Positions 1 to 9,816 of a stretch of 40,396 bases of DNA are shown piece by piece. Position numbers and translations under genes: made by a program. The notes under the pieces are model-generated. The model saw nothing but the letters and a program-made list of their open reading frames with translations. It made no database searches and was not told the DNA's origin. This DNA is from Lysobacterales bacterium (GTDB taxonomy: Bacteria; Pseudomonadota; Gammaproteobacteria; Xanthomonadales; SZUA-36): contig JAVVFH010000002.1 of NCBI GenBank assembly GCA_032250585.1, positions 1-40,396 of the forward strand, in the 5' to 3' direction. The first letter of the stretch is position 1; each line of letters opens with the position of its first letter.

Positions 1-1
1 C

Positions 2-2257
2 GGCGCGACCGACACCTCGGCGCTCGGCTCGCTGGCGCCCAACGTCAACGTGTCCAGCGAAACCCAGCGCGATTCGGTGTTCATCACCATTCGCGGCGTG
101 TCCGGCACCGACATCCGCAACGAGGCCGACCCGACCACCGCATTCCACGTCGACGGTGCCTATGTCACCCGACTGTCCGGCGCTGGCGCGTACTTCTACG
201 ACCTGGACCGGGTCGAAGTGCTGCGCGGCCCGCAAGGCACCCTGTACGGGCGCAACACGACTTCCGGAGCCGTCAACATCATTTCCAGGCGCCCGACCGA
301 CGAACGCGAAGTGTCGGGCAAGGTCAGCGTCGGTTCGGATTCGCTCGTGTCCTTCGAGGGCGTCGGCAATGCCCCACTCATAGACGGGGTGCTGGCCGGC
401 CGCCTTGCCGTCAAGTGGAAGGACCGGGACGGCTATCGCAACAACGACCCCGCGGCGGACGGTGACGACGACGAGCATTGGGGCCTGCGGGGCTCACTCC
501 TCTATACGCCCAATGACGATGTGTCGTTCCTGCTCGTCGGCGACTATTTCGAACAGAACGGCATAGGCACTTCGATGGCCGCCATCCCCTTCGAGACACC
601 GGTCGAGCCAAGCGGATCGGCATTCCAGTTCCCGTTCGCCCAGGATCCACAGAATTTTCCACTCAACATCGATCAGCAGACCGACAACTTCGACTGGGGC
701 ATCAAAGGCGAACTCACCTGGGACCTGCCTTTCGATGCCACGCTGACCTACCTCAGCGCCTACCGCGAACACCAACGGTCCAACATTGCCGATCGAGACG
801 GCACCGACCAGGTCCCGGCCGTCGCCGACCTGTGCCGCTTCGCGCCGCCGCCGCTGCGGCCGGCTTGCCTCAATCCGCAAGACGGGCCAGGAATGGGTAA
901 TTTCGCTGTCACCGACTGGGAATCCACGGCCATCACTCAGGAAGTGCGCCTTGCGTCGAACAGCCCCGAAAGCCTGTGGGAATGGCTCGGCGGCCTGTAT
1001 TACTTTTACGAGACCCAGGACGTCGCGTTCGACGCGGTGGTCGAAGGCCTGCGTGGCACGGGCTTCATCGCTCCCGTGCTCGGTATGCCGCCGCCGGTGC
1101 TGTTCAGTTCGCCGGCAACCCGTGTCAATCGCTTCGACGACCAGACCGATGAATCGGTCGCCACTTTTGGCCAGCTCTCGCGCCGATTTGGGGCGCGCGA
1201 ACAATTTCGCCTGACGGGCGGTTTCCGCTACACCTATGAGGAAAAAGACCTGGGCAATTCCTTTGTCGGGTTCACGCTCAATCCGCTCACGGCACCCTCG
1301 ACCGGCTTTACCGATGCCGACGTCGTTCCCAATCCGACCGGGTTTCCCACCTGCAGCAACGAAGCAGTGACGGTGTTTCGGTGCCTGATCCAGGACAATC
1401 GCGACTCCTGGACCGAGTGGACATGGAAGGCCGGTATCGACTGGCGGTCGCCTAATGACTGGCTGTATTACTACTCCGCCACCAAAGGGTTCCGCTCCGG
1501 TGGCTTCGACAATACCGGTAACAAGTTCGACCCGGAAGAGATTCTTTCCCATGAAATCGGCATGAAGGGCAAGCTGTGGGACGGACGGGCGCAGATGGAC
1601 CTCACGGCGTTTTACTACGACTTCACCGACCAGCAGGTCAACCAGGTTGAAAGCGCCCAGATCGTCACCCGCAACGCGGGCTCGTCCACGCTGTGGGGCG
1701 TGGAGCTTACGGCCAACTTCCTGCCGACCGATAACAGCCGCGTCGACCTGACCGCCAGTTACCTGAATACGGAGTTCGACGAATTCGTGACCGCGGACCC
1801 ACAACTCTCAGGCCCCGCACTCGCGACCAATCCCGACAAGATCGTCGATCTTTCCGGCCGCGATTTCGCCAAGGCGCCGGAATTTTCCTTGAACCTCGGT
1901 GTGGAACCTTACATCTTCCGCTTCGGCAGCGGCGCGACACTGACCCCGCGGGTGAACTTCCACTATGAGAGCGAGTTCAAGCTGCTCGTGTTCGAGAATC
2001 CACAGAATTTCCAGGACGATTTCACCCGCACCGACTTCCGGTTGACCTATGCATCGGCGGACGGCAGGTGGTCGCTGGAAGCCTGGGTCAGAAACATCGA
2101 GGATGACGACGTGCTCGCGGCGCAGTTCACCACGCCCAACAACCTGCTGCCCAAGCCCAACCAATTCGGCGCGCCGCCCGGACCAGCGCAGGAACTGCTG
2201 CTCGGCAGTTATGCGCCGCCAAGGACCTACGGCCTGACGTTCCGGATCTCCTACTGA
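2..2257 (+). CDS. TonB-dependent outer-membrane receptor, 5'-truncated by the window edge
   Basis: The frame is open from nt 2 (GATDTSALGSLAPNVNVSSETQ...), so the N-terminus lies outside the window. It has the plug/barrel junction motif DRVEVLRGPQGTLYGRNTTSGAVNIISRRP. A long barrel ends ...YGLTFRISY with a terminal aromatic residue. Confidence 0.85.
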   Translation, partial: GATDTSALGSLAPNVNVSSETQRDSVFITIRGVSGTDIRNEADPTTAFHVDGAYVTRLSGAGAYFYDLDRVEVLRGPQGTLYGRNTTSGAVNIISRRPTDEREVSGKVSVGSDSLVSFEGVGNAPLIDGVLAGRLAVKWKDRDGYRNNDPAADGDDDEHWGLRGSLLYTPNDDVSFLLVGDYFEQNGIGTSMAAIPFETPVEPSGSAFQFPFAQDPQNFPLNIDQQTDNFDWGIKGELTWDLPFDATLTYLSAYREHQRSNIADRDGTDQVPAVADLCRFAPPPLRPACLNPQDGPGMGNFAVTDWESTAITQEVRLASNSPESLWEWLGGLYYFYETQDVAFDAVVEGLRGTGFIAPVLGMPPPVLFSSPATRVNRFDDQTDESVATFGQLSRRFGAREQFRLTGGFRYTYEEKDLGNSFVGFTLNPLTAPSTGFTDADVVPNPTGFPTCSNEAVTVFRCLIQDNRDSWTEWTWKAGIDWRSPNDWLYYYSATKGFRSGGFDNTGNKFDPEEILSHEIGMKGKLWDGRAQMDLTAFYYDFTDQQVNQVESAQIVTRNAGSSTLWGVELTANFLPTDNSRVDLTASYLNTEFDEFVTADPQLSGPALATNPDKIVDLSGRDFAKAPEFSLNLGVEPYIFRFGSGATLTPRVNFHYESEFKLLVFENPQNFQDDFTRTDFRLTYASADGRWSLEAWVRNIEDDDVLAAQFTTPNNLLPKPNQFGAPPGPAQELLLGSYAPPRTYGLTFRISY

Positions 2258-2300
2258 TCCCGAGCGCCAGCAGATGGTTGAATGAACCGCTTTCGAGTGG

Positions 2301-2323
2301 CGCGGCGGAAATCGCCGCGTTTT
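2301..2323 (+). terminator. Rho-independent terminator candidate after the receptor gene
   Basis: Perfect 7-bp GC stem cgcggcg / cgccgcg with the 5-nt loop gaaat, followed by tttt. It lies 44 nt after the stop at 2257. Confidence 0.5.
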
Positions 2324-2405
2324 CGAAGTGGTCGTCGCCTGCCGCGACGCTGGCGCGAGCGCCGGCAGGAAAAATGTCTGGCGTTGAATCGATGCCCGGA
2401 TACCG

Positions 2406-4337
2406 ATGACCCGCAATAAGCCTGAAACGAACGACCTGCGCACAGCGGTTGGATCGCTGCTCGATGGCCGCATGTCACGCCGCAGCCTGCTGGCGCGGCT
2501 GATCGGCGCCGGGATTGCGGCCCCGGCCGCCAGCGCGGTTCTGGCCGGCATTTTGCCGCAGACGGCTGGCGCCGGTGACGAGACCGTGCACGGCCTCACC
2601 GGTGGCGAACTCACGGTCGAATTCCTGCGCCGGTGGCGCGTACCTTACGTCTTCGGGCTCGGCGGCTCGGAGGAGGTCGGGTTTCTGGACGCGCTGGTGG
2701 GGCGGGAGGATCTGCATTACGTGTTGGCACTGCACGAAGGCTCGGTGCTGTCGATGGCAGACGGTTATGCCCGCGCCACCGGCCGGCCGGCATTCGTCAA
2801 CCTGCATTCGGTCGTCGGCGCGAGCTACGCATTGGGGCCGATGGTCAACGCGTTCCACGACCGCACACCGCTGGTCGTGACCGTGGGACGGCAGTCGACC
2901 CAGCTGCGCGGCGCGAATGCTTTTCTCGAGTCAGTCAACCTGCACATGCTGCCACGCGACTATACGCGCTGGACCTGGGATGTGCTGACGGCCGCCAGCA
3001 TACCGGAAACACTGCGCCGCGCCGTTCTGCTCGCGCGCATCCCCCCGGGCGGGCCGACCTTCGTGACCGTGTCGAAAGACCTGTGGGAACAACCGGTCGC
3101 AGAGTCGGTGATCGTGCCGCCGGAACGCTCGCCGGTGGACGTCGAAATCCGGCCGGATGAGGGCACCATCGAGTCGCTGGTCGAACTGCTGCTCGCGGCG
3201 CGGAATCCCGTCATCATCGCCGGGCGCGAGATTGCCGCGCACGGCGCCACCACGGAACTGGTGGAAATTGCCGAACTGCTCGGTGCGACGGTCGCCGGCG
3301 ACGTGCCCGCGAGTCACAGCCCGGCGGGGTTCCCGACCACTCACGCCCAGTACGGTGGCCTGTTGACGCTCGACCCCGAATTACCACAGCAGTACGACCT
3401 GCTTTGGTCGGCCGGCGGAACGATGTTCACCCTTTTCGATCGAGCCAGCGCACCACCGCTCCCGGCCGGTGTCACGCTCGTCCATTCAAGCATTGAGGCC
3501 GGTCAGATCGGACGCAATTACCCGGTCGACCTGGCGGTCACCGGCCATGCCAGAACCACGCTGGCTCGAGTGCGGGACGCGCTGCTCGCTCAGGGCGTTG
3601 CGCCGGCCGCTGTTGCAGAGCGTCGCGAGCGCGCCGGACGCCGACACGCAGCGCGGCACAAGCGGCTCGAAACCCTCGTCAAAGATCATTGGGATGACGA
3701 CCCCATCTCGCCCGAGCGATTCGCGGTGGAACTGGATCGCCAGCTGGCGCCGGAGGCCCATATCGTTTCGGAGCTCGCGACCTCCGATCTGTTTCTGTGG
3801 CGGCACATCAATTTCCTGCAGGCCGGGCGGGGCCGCCGGCACTTCACGTCGGCCGGCGGCTGCCTGGGATGGGGGCTGGGTGCAGCGATCGGGGTCAAGA
3901 TCGCAGAGCCGCAACGCGAAGTGGCGCTGCTGGTTGGCGACGGCAGCATGCAGTTCGGCATTCAGGCCCTGTGGAGCGCCTCACGTTATGAAGTGCCGGT
4001 CGCGATCTTTGTCTGGAACAACCAGGCTTACCAGGCCAACCGCAACGCCCTGCACCGCTACAGAGGCCGCTCGGCGGCGAGCGGACAGTACATCGGCTGC
4101 TATTTGGGGGCGCCCGAGATCGATAACGTTCAGATTGCCCGGGGTTACGGCGTCGAGGCGGAACGGATCACCCGGCCGGAAGACCTCCGGGCGGGCATCG
4201 CACGCTGCCTGAGTGCGGTTGGCGAGGGTCGGCCCTGCCTGCTGGACGTGGCGATTCAGCCGCGCCTCGGCGGCGCGCAATCCACCTGGTACGACGCGTT
4301 CTCGATCGCCCGCCTGCAGGCGGGCGAAGCCGTCTGA
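2406..4337 (+). CDS. Thiamine-diphosphate-dependent enzyme (acetolactate synthase / benzoylformate decarboxylase-like) with a Tat signal peptide; likelier start at 2472
   Basis: ThDP-binding motif GDGSMQF...WNN fits GDG-X24-NN. The N-terminal GGSEEVGFLDAL region carries the cofactor-activating Glu. The size fits a three-domain enzyme. The internal Met at 2472 starts MSRRSLLARLIGAGIAAPAASAVLAGILPQTAGA: an SRRxLL twin-arginine motif, a hydrophobic core and an AGA cleavage site. Confidence 0.85.
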   Translation: MTRNKPETNDLRTAVGSLLDGRMSRRSLLARLIGAGIAAPAASAVLAGILPQTAGAGDETVHGLTGGELTVEFLRRWRVPYVFGLGGSEEVGFLDALVGREDLHYVLALHEGSVLSMADGYARATGRPAFVNLHSVVGASYALGPMVNAFHDRTPLVVTVGRQSTQLRGANAFLESVNLHMLPRDYTRWTWDVLTAASIPETLRRAVLLARIPPGGPTFVTVSKDLWEQPVAESVIVPPERSPVDVEIRPDEGTIESLVELLLAARNPVIIAGREIAAHGATTELVEIAELLGATVAGDVPASHSPAGFPTTHAQYGGLLTLDPELPQQYDLLWSAGGTMFTLFDRASAPPLPAGVTLVHSSIEAGQIGRNYPVDLAVTGHARTTLARVRDALLAQGVAPAAVAERRERAGRRHAARHKRLETLVKDHWDDDPISPERFAVELDRQLAPEAHIVSELATSDLFLWRHINFLQAGRGRRHFTSAGGCLGWGLGAAIGVKIAEPQREVALLVGDGSMQFGIQALWSASRYEVPVAIFVWNNQAYQANRNALHRYRGRSAASGQYIGCYLGAPEIDNVQIARGYGVEAERITRPEDLRAGIARCLSAVGEGRPCLLDVAIQPRLGGAQSTWYDAFSIARLQAGEAV

Positions 4338-4407
4338 GCCTGCCGGGAACCGAGCACGGTGAGCGGCCGTGGGTCGCCTTCAGCGCCCACGCTTTACGCA
4401 TCGGGTC

Positions 4408-5643
<1,236 letters not shown>

Positions 5644-5646
5644 TCA

Positions 5647-5675
5647 CTTATAGGTACCGCACACCAGGGGGTCAA
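5647..5675 (-). promoter_or_regulatory. Sigma-70-like promoter candidate for pobA
   Basis: The minus strand reads TTGACC-N17-TATAAG. The -10 element lies about 58 nt upstream of the pobA ATG, inside the 190-nt intergenic region. Confidence 0.35.
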
Positions 5676-5779
5676 ATCAAAAGATTGGCAAAGGCCATTC
5701 AATCCGTGAATAGGCCGGGGACAGCGGCCACCCCGCTCCGACGATTTCAACCCGGATCAGTGTTGAGTCTGACAGGCCG

Positions 5780-6997
5780 TTAGCGCGCGTGGTATCCCAC
5801 AGACTCCGCCAATACCTCGAGCAGCGCCACGTACTCCGCCTGAATCCGGGTCGGTTTCCAGTTCATCCGGGTCGTCAGGCCGATACCCCGGCAGGTGCCG
5901 GGAAGGTTTTTGCGCAGTACCGCCAGTCGGCCGGTTTGGACCTCGAATTCCACCTGGCTGGCCGACAGCAGGGCCGCGCGATCGGTTCGCAGCAGCAGGC
6001 CACGGGTTGCCACCAGTGAGCTGCACTCGATGATGTGTGTGGGTTCGTTCACGCCTTGCGCCGCAAAGAAGTCAGCCATATGGTCGCGCGCCGGCGTTCC
6101 GGAGCGCGGCATAACCCATTCGAGCCGGGCCAAAGCGCCCGCACCCGGTGCCCTGGCCCCGAGCAACGGGTGCCCGGCCCGTACCACGATGGAAAGCGGC
6201 TCCTCGAAAAGCAGTTGTTGACGTACATCTCCGGTTGGTCCCGGGCTGCGTAACGCACCCACGATCAGGTCGACCTGTCCCATGCGCAACTCCTGCAGCA
6301 GTTCCGCGTAGGGTCCATCCACGATGCGGACCTGCAAATCCGGGTGTCGTGCCAGAATGCGGCTGACGGACTCGGGCACCAAGCCGGCACGCGCCAGAGG
6401 CAGGCTGGCGATACGCAGTTCCCCGCTTACCTTGCCGCGCAACGCGTTGATTTCATCCAATCCCAGCCGAATTTCATAGAAGGCCAGGTTGGCGCAACGC
6501 GCGAGGTCCCGTGCCTCTCGTGTCGGCACCGCGCCCTGGGCAGTAGCCCTGAATAGCGGCCGGCCCAGCACGGTTTCGAGGTCCCGTGCGGCTCGGTGAA
6601 CACTGGGTTGTGACAGGCCCAGGACACGGGCTGCCAAACTGAAGCCACCCTGCTGGACTACTTCAACCATAGCCCTCAACTGGGTTGACGTGACCGTTCG
6701 GTACAGCGCCTCTGCGGATCGTGCACCACCACGCCCCGGCATCGCCCGCAACGCTGGCCTGAGTGCGGCAAATGCCCGCTCGATGCGATTGATGAACAGC
6801 CGACCGGCGGCGGTCGGAAACATCCCGGTGGCCCGCCGTTCGAAGAGTTTGGAATCAAGCTCAGCCTCCAGGCGCCGCACCGCCATGGTCAACGCCGACT
6901 GGGAGCGGTGCACACGATTGGCTGCCTGGCTGATGCTGCCCGTTCTCGATATCTCGAGCAGTGCGTAAAGGTGCTGAAAATTAAGCTTTATTGTCAT
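5780..6997 (-). CDS. LysR-type transcriptional regulator with duplicated N-terminal HTH domain (LigR-like position)
   Basis: Start taken at MTIKLNFQHLYALLEISRTGSISQAANRVHRSQSALTMAVRRLE (first LysR HTH). A second HTH follows: TSTQLRAMVEVVQQGGFSLAARVLGLSQPSVHRAARDLETVLGRPLF. Then comes a LysR substrate-binding domain (GELRIASLP...). The gene is divergent from ligK. Confidence 0.88.
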   Translation of the reverse strand: MTIKLNFQHLYALLEISRTGSISQAANRVHRSQSALTMAVRRLEAELDSKLFERRATGMFPTAAGRLFINRIERAFAALRPALRAMPGRGGARSAEALYRTVTSTQLRAMVEVVQQGGFSLAARVLGLSQPSVHRAARDLETVLGRPLFRATAQGAVPTREARDLARCANLAFYEIRLGLDEINALRGKVSGELRIASLPLARAGLVPESVSRILARHPDLQVRIVDGPYAELLQELRMGQVDLIVGALRSPGPTGDVRQQLLFEEPLSIVVRAGHPLLGARAPGAGALARLEWVMPRSGTPARDHMADFFAAQGVNEPTHIIECSSLVATRGLLLRTDRAALLSASQVEFEVQTGRLAVLRKNLPGTCRGIGLTTRMNWKPTRIQAEYVALLEVLAESVGYHAR

Positions 6998-7024
6998 CCC
7001 TGGAGTGCGAGTACCGACGTCTCT

Positions 7025-7041
7025 ATAGAATATTTCAATAT
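7025..7041. promoter_or_regulatory. LysR-type T-N11-A dyad (ATA-N11-TAT) in the regulator/ligK divergent control region
   Basis: atagaatatttcaatat sits in a locally AT-rich patch of a GC-rich genome, about 28 nt from the regulator start and about 80-97 nt upstream of the ligK start. A second ATT-N9-AAT dyad lies at 7088-7102. Confidence 0.35.
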
Positions 7042-7121
7042 CAGTTTGCGCCTTTCGAATCCCCGCTGCCAACCGCTTTGACGGATAATTACAACCGTGA
7101 ATCTCAACAGGAGGTATACGC

Positions 7122-7811
7122 GTGGGCACGGTTCGGACCGGAATCCAGCGAGTCGCGCTGAATCTCGCTGACAAGCTCGGCGCTCATGGCGTCGCCACCG
7201 TGCATGAGGCCCAGGGCCGTAAAGGCCTGATGGCGCCCTACATGCGCCCGATTTACCGTCCGGCGAAAATTGCCGGCAATGCAGTGACCTGCGAAGTGGC
7301 GCCCGGCGATAACTGGATGATCCACGTCGCCGCAGAACAATGCCAGCCCGGCGATGTGCTCGTCGTCGCACCGACCAGCGCCTGTGAGGACGGTTACTTC
7401 GGTGATCTGCTTGCAAGCTCGCTGATCGCAAGGGGCGTGCGCGGGCTGATCATCGACGCCGGGGTCCGCGATATCGCGACCCTGACGGAAATGCAGTTTC
7501 CGGTCTGGTCGAAATGCGTGCACGCCCAGGGTACGGTGAAGGAAACACTGGGTAACGTAAACCTGCCGCTGCTGTGTGCCGGAGCGCTGGTGCATCCGGG
7601 CGACGTGGTCGTGGCCGACGATGATGGAGTCGTTGTCGTGCCACGCCGGGAAGCGCAATCCGTGCTCGAAAAAGCCGCCGCGCGCGAAACCAGCGAGCGC
7701 GCCCGCCGGGAACAGTTCGAGCGCGGCGAACTCGGCCTGGATGTCTACGGCATGCGCGAACGCCTGAAGGAAAAGGGACTCCGCTACCTCGACAGCGCCC
7801 CGGAGGACTGA
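7122..7811 (+). CDS. ligK: 4-carboxy-4-hydroxy-2-oxoadipate aldolase / oxaloacetate decarboxylase (RraA-like fold)
   Basis: GTG start 7 nt after AGGAGG (7109-7114). The motifs ...[15 protein letters not shown]..., ...[10 protein letters not shown]..., ...[10 protein letters not shown]..., ...DAGVRD...MQFPVWSK...[10 protein letters not shown]... and ...[14 protein letters not shown] closely match LigK/GalC as I recall them. Confidence 0.9.
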   Translation: MGTVRTGIQRVALNLADKLGAHGVATVHEAQGRKGLMAPYMRPIYRPAKIAGNAVTCEVAPGDNWMIHVAAEQCQPGDVLVVAPTSACEDGYFGDLLASSLIARGVRGLIIDAGVRDIATLTEMQFPVWSKCVHAQGTVKETLGNVNLPLLCAGALVHPGDVVVADDDGVVVVPRREAQSVLEKAAARETSERARREQFERGELGLDVYGMRERLKEKGLRYLDSAPED

Positions 7812-7815
7812 ACAC

Positions 7816-8907
7816 ATGCAAACGGCGATCCCGGCCGTCCTGATGCGGGGCGGCACTTCACGTGGACTTTTCTTTCACCACGACGATCTTCCGGCCGACC
7901 GGGCGGTTCGGGACCGGGTGCTGATCGCCTGCATGGGTTCCCCCGACGCACGCCAGATCGACGGCGTCGGCGGCGGCCACCCCCTGACGAGCAAGGTCGC
8001 CGTGATCAGCAAATCTAACGATCGCAATGCGGACGTCGACTACCTGTTTTTACAGGTCCGGGTCGATCAGGCGGAAGTGAGCGACGGGCAGAACTGCGGC
8101 AACATTCTGGCCGGCGTCGGCCCTTTCGCGATCGAAGAGCAGCTGCTGCCGGCGAGCGATGGAAGCACCGACGTCAGAATCCGGATGGTCAATACCGATG
8201 GCCTCGCCATCGCCCGCGTGCAGACGCCCGCAGGCCGTGTCCGCTACGGCGGCGACGCGCGGATCGATGGTGTGCCGGGCACCGCAGCGCCGGTGCTGCT
8301 GGACTTTCCGGATGTCGCCGGGTCGAGCTGCGGCGCGCTGCTGCCCACCGGCACCCCGCTGGACCACATCGAAGGGGTCGCCGTGACCTGCATCGACAAC
8401 GGCATGCCGGTGGTTCTGCTGCGTGCCGCCGACCTGGGCAAGACCGGTTACGAAACGCCCGCCGAACTCGAAGCGGACGATGCACTGCTGCGGCGTCTCG
8501 AGACGATCCGGCGGGTGGCCGGGGCGCGGATGAACCTCGGCGAGACCGGCGCCAGGACGGTGCCGAAGATGTGCCTGATCGCCGCACCACAGGGCGGTGG
8601 CACGCTGATGACGCGGACTTTTATTCCCCACCGGGTGCATGAGGCCATCGGCGTGCTCGGCGCCGTCAGCGTAGCGACCGCCTGCGTGGTGCCGGGGTCG
8701 GTGGCGGACGGCATGGCCCGGCTGGACCGGAGTACCGGCTCAAGACGGCTGGACATCGAGCATCCGTCAGGCCGCTTCACGGTGGATATCGAAGTCGAAG
8801 TGAATGGCCGGGAGGTCGAGGTTCGGCGCGCGGCGCTGTTGCGCACGGCGCGCAAACTGATGCAGGGCTCCGTGTTCGTTCCGCGCGAACTGTGGGCAGG
8901 CTGGTGA
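7816..8907 (+). CDS. ligU: PrpF-family 4-oxalomesaconate tautomerase / isomerase
   Basis: N-terminus IPAVLMRGGTSRGLFFH and ...TSKVAVIS... are typical of the PrpF/GalD/LigU family. The gene sits immediately after ligK, as in known protocatechuate 4,5-cleavage clusters. Confidence 0.82.
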   Translation: MQTAIPAVLMRGGTSRGLFFHHDDLPADRAVRDRVLIACMGSPDARQIDGVGGGHPLTSKVAVISKSNDRNADVDYLFLQVRVDQAEVSDGQNCGNILAGVGPFAIEEQLLPASDGSTDVRIRMVNTDGLAIARVQTPAGRVRYGGDARIDGVPGTAAPVLLDFPDVAGSSCGALLPTGTPLDHIEGVAVTCIDNGMPVVLLRAADLGKTGYETPAELEADDALLRRLETIRRVAGARMNLGETGARTVPKMCLIAAPQGGGTLMTRTFIPHRVHEAIGVLGAVSVATACVVPGSVADGMARLDRSTGSRRLDIEHPSGRFTVDIEVEVNGREVEVRRAALLRTARKLMQGSVFVPRELWAGW

Positions 8908-9794
8908 ATCCCGTCCGACGGATCGCCCTGCTTGGATTTGGCGAGGTCGGCCAGCGGCTCGCCTGCGATCTGCGCCACCGAACGAACGCAAACCTGTTCG
9001 CCTATGACCCCAAATTTGAAGCCCCAGGCAGCACGCCCAAACGGGCGCTGGGCCGGCTCGCCTTTGTGCGGGCGACCGACACGGCCCGCGACGCGGCAGC
9101 CGGCAGCGACCTCATCATCTCGGCCGTAACCGCCGCGGAGGCCGTGGCGGCGGCCCGTTCGGTGGTCGGCACGCTGAACGGCGATGCCTGTTTCCTCGAT
9201 CTCAATTCGATAGCCCCGACCACCCGTGAGCTGGCCTCCTCCGTCATCGAGGGCGCCGGAGGCTGCTACGTGGAAGCTGCGGTCATGTCCGCGATTGACC
9301 CGCGCGGCATCGAGTCGCCGATGCTGCTCGGCGGTCGCTTTGCCGAATCCCGTCTCGATTTCCTGCAAAGCCTCGGTTTCACGGGCGCGAGCTTCTGTTC
9401 CGGCCAGCTCGGCCAGGCCTCCGCAACCAAGATGTGCCGCAGCATCCTGGTAAAGGGTCTTGAAGCGCTGCTCACCGAAGCGTTGCTCACCGCGCGCCAC
9501 TTCGATGTCGGAGAGGCCGTGCTCGACTCTCTCCAGGACCTGCTTCCCGCTGAAGACTGGCCGGGCCGGGCGAAATACATGATCGCGCGCAGCGTGGAGC
9601 ACGGTATCCGTCGCGCGGAAGAAATGCGGGAAGTGGTGCGCACCGTCAGCGCCGCGGGCATCGAACCACTGATGAGCCGGGCTTGCACGGAGCGACAATC
9701 GTGGGCGGCTTCGTTTCCCAGCGCCCTCGACCAGGCCAGCCTAGACGCGATGCTCGACGACATCTCCCAACAACTCGGTCAGGAAGCACGATGA
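8904..9794 (+). CDS. NAD(P)-binding oxidoreductase (6-phosphogluconate-dehydrogenase-like N-domain, DUF1932-like C-domain)
   Basis: Rossmann motif RIALLGFGEVGQ lies near the N-terminus. The GTG at 8904 overlaps the ligU stop (GTGA). The ORF-track start at 8892 is an alternative GTG. Confidence 0.7.
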   Translation: MNPVRRIALLGFGEVGQRLACDLRHRTNANLFAYDPKFEAPGSTPKRALGRLAFVRATDTARDAAAGSDLIISAVTAAEAVAAARSVVGTLNGDACFLDLNSIAPTTRELASSVIEGAGGCYVEAAVMSAIDPRGIESPMLLGGRFAESRLDFLQSLGFTGASFCSGQLGQASATKMCRSILVKGLEALLTEALLTARHFDVGEAVLDSLQDLLPAEDWPGRAKYMIARSVEHGIRRAEEMREVVRTVSAAGIEPLMSRACTERQSWAASFPSALDQASLDAMLDDISQQLGQEAR

Positions 9795-9816
9795 TTTCAA
9801 CCGGTGAGGAAACGCG

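Noticed and set aside
494-1804. A 436-aa minus-strand ORF inside the TonB-dependent receptor gene
   Set aside because: It is antisense to a well-supported barrel protein and has no recognisable motifs. It is a high-GC artefact.
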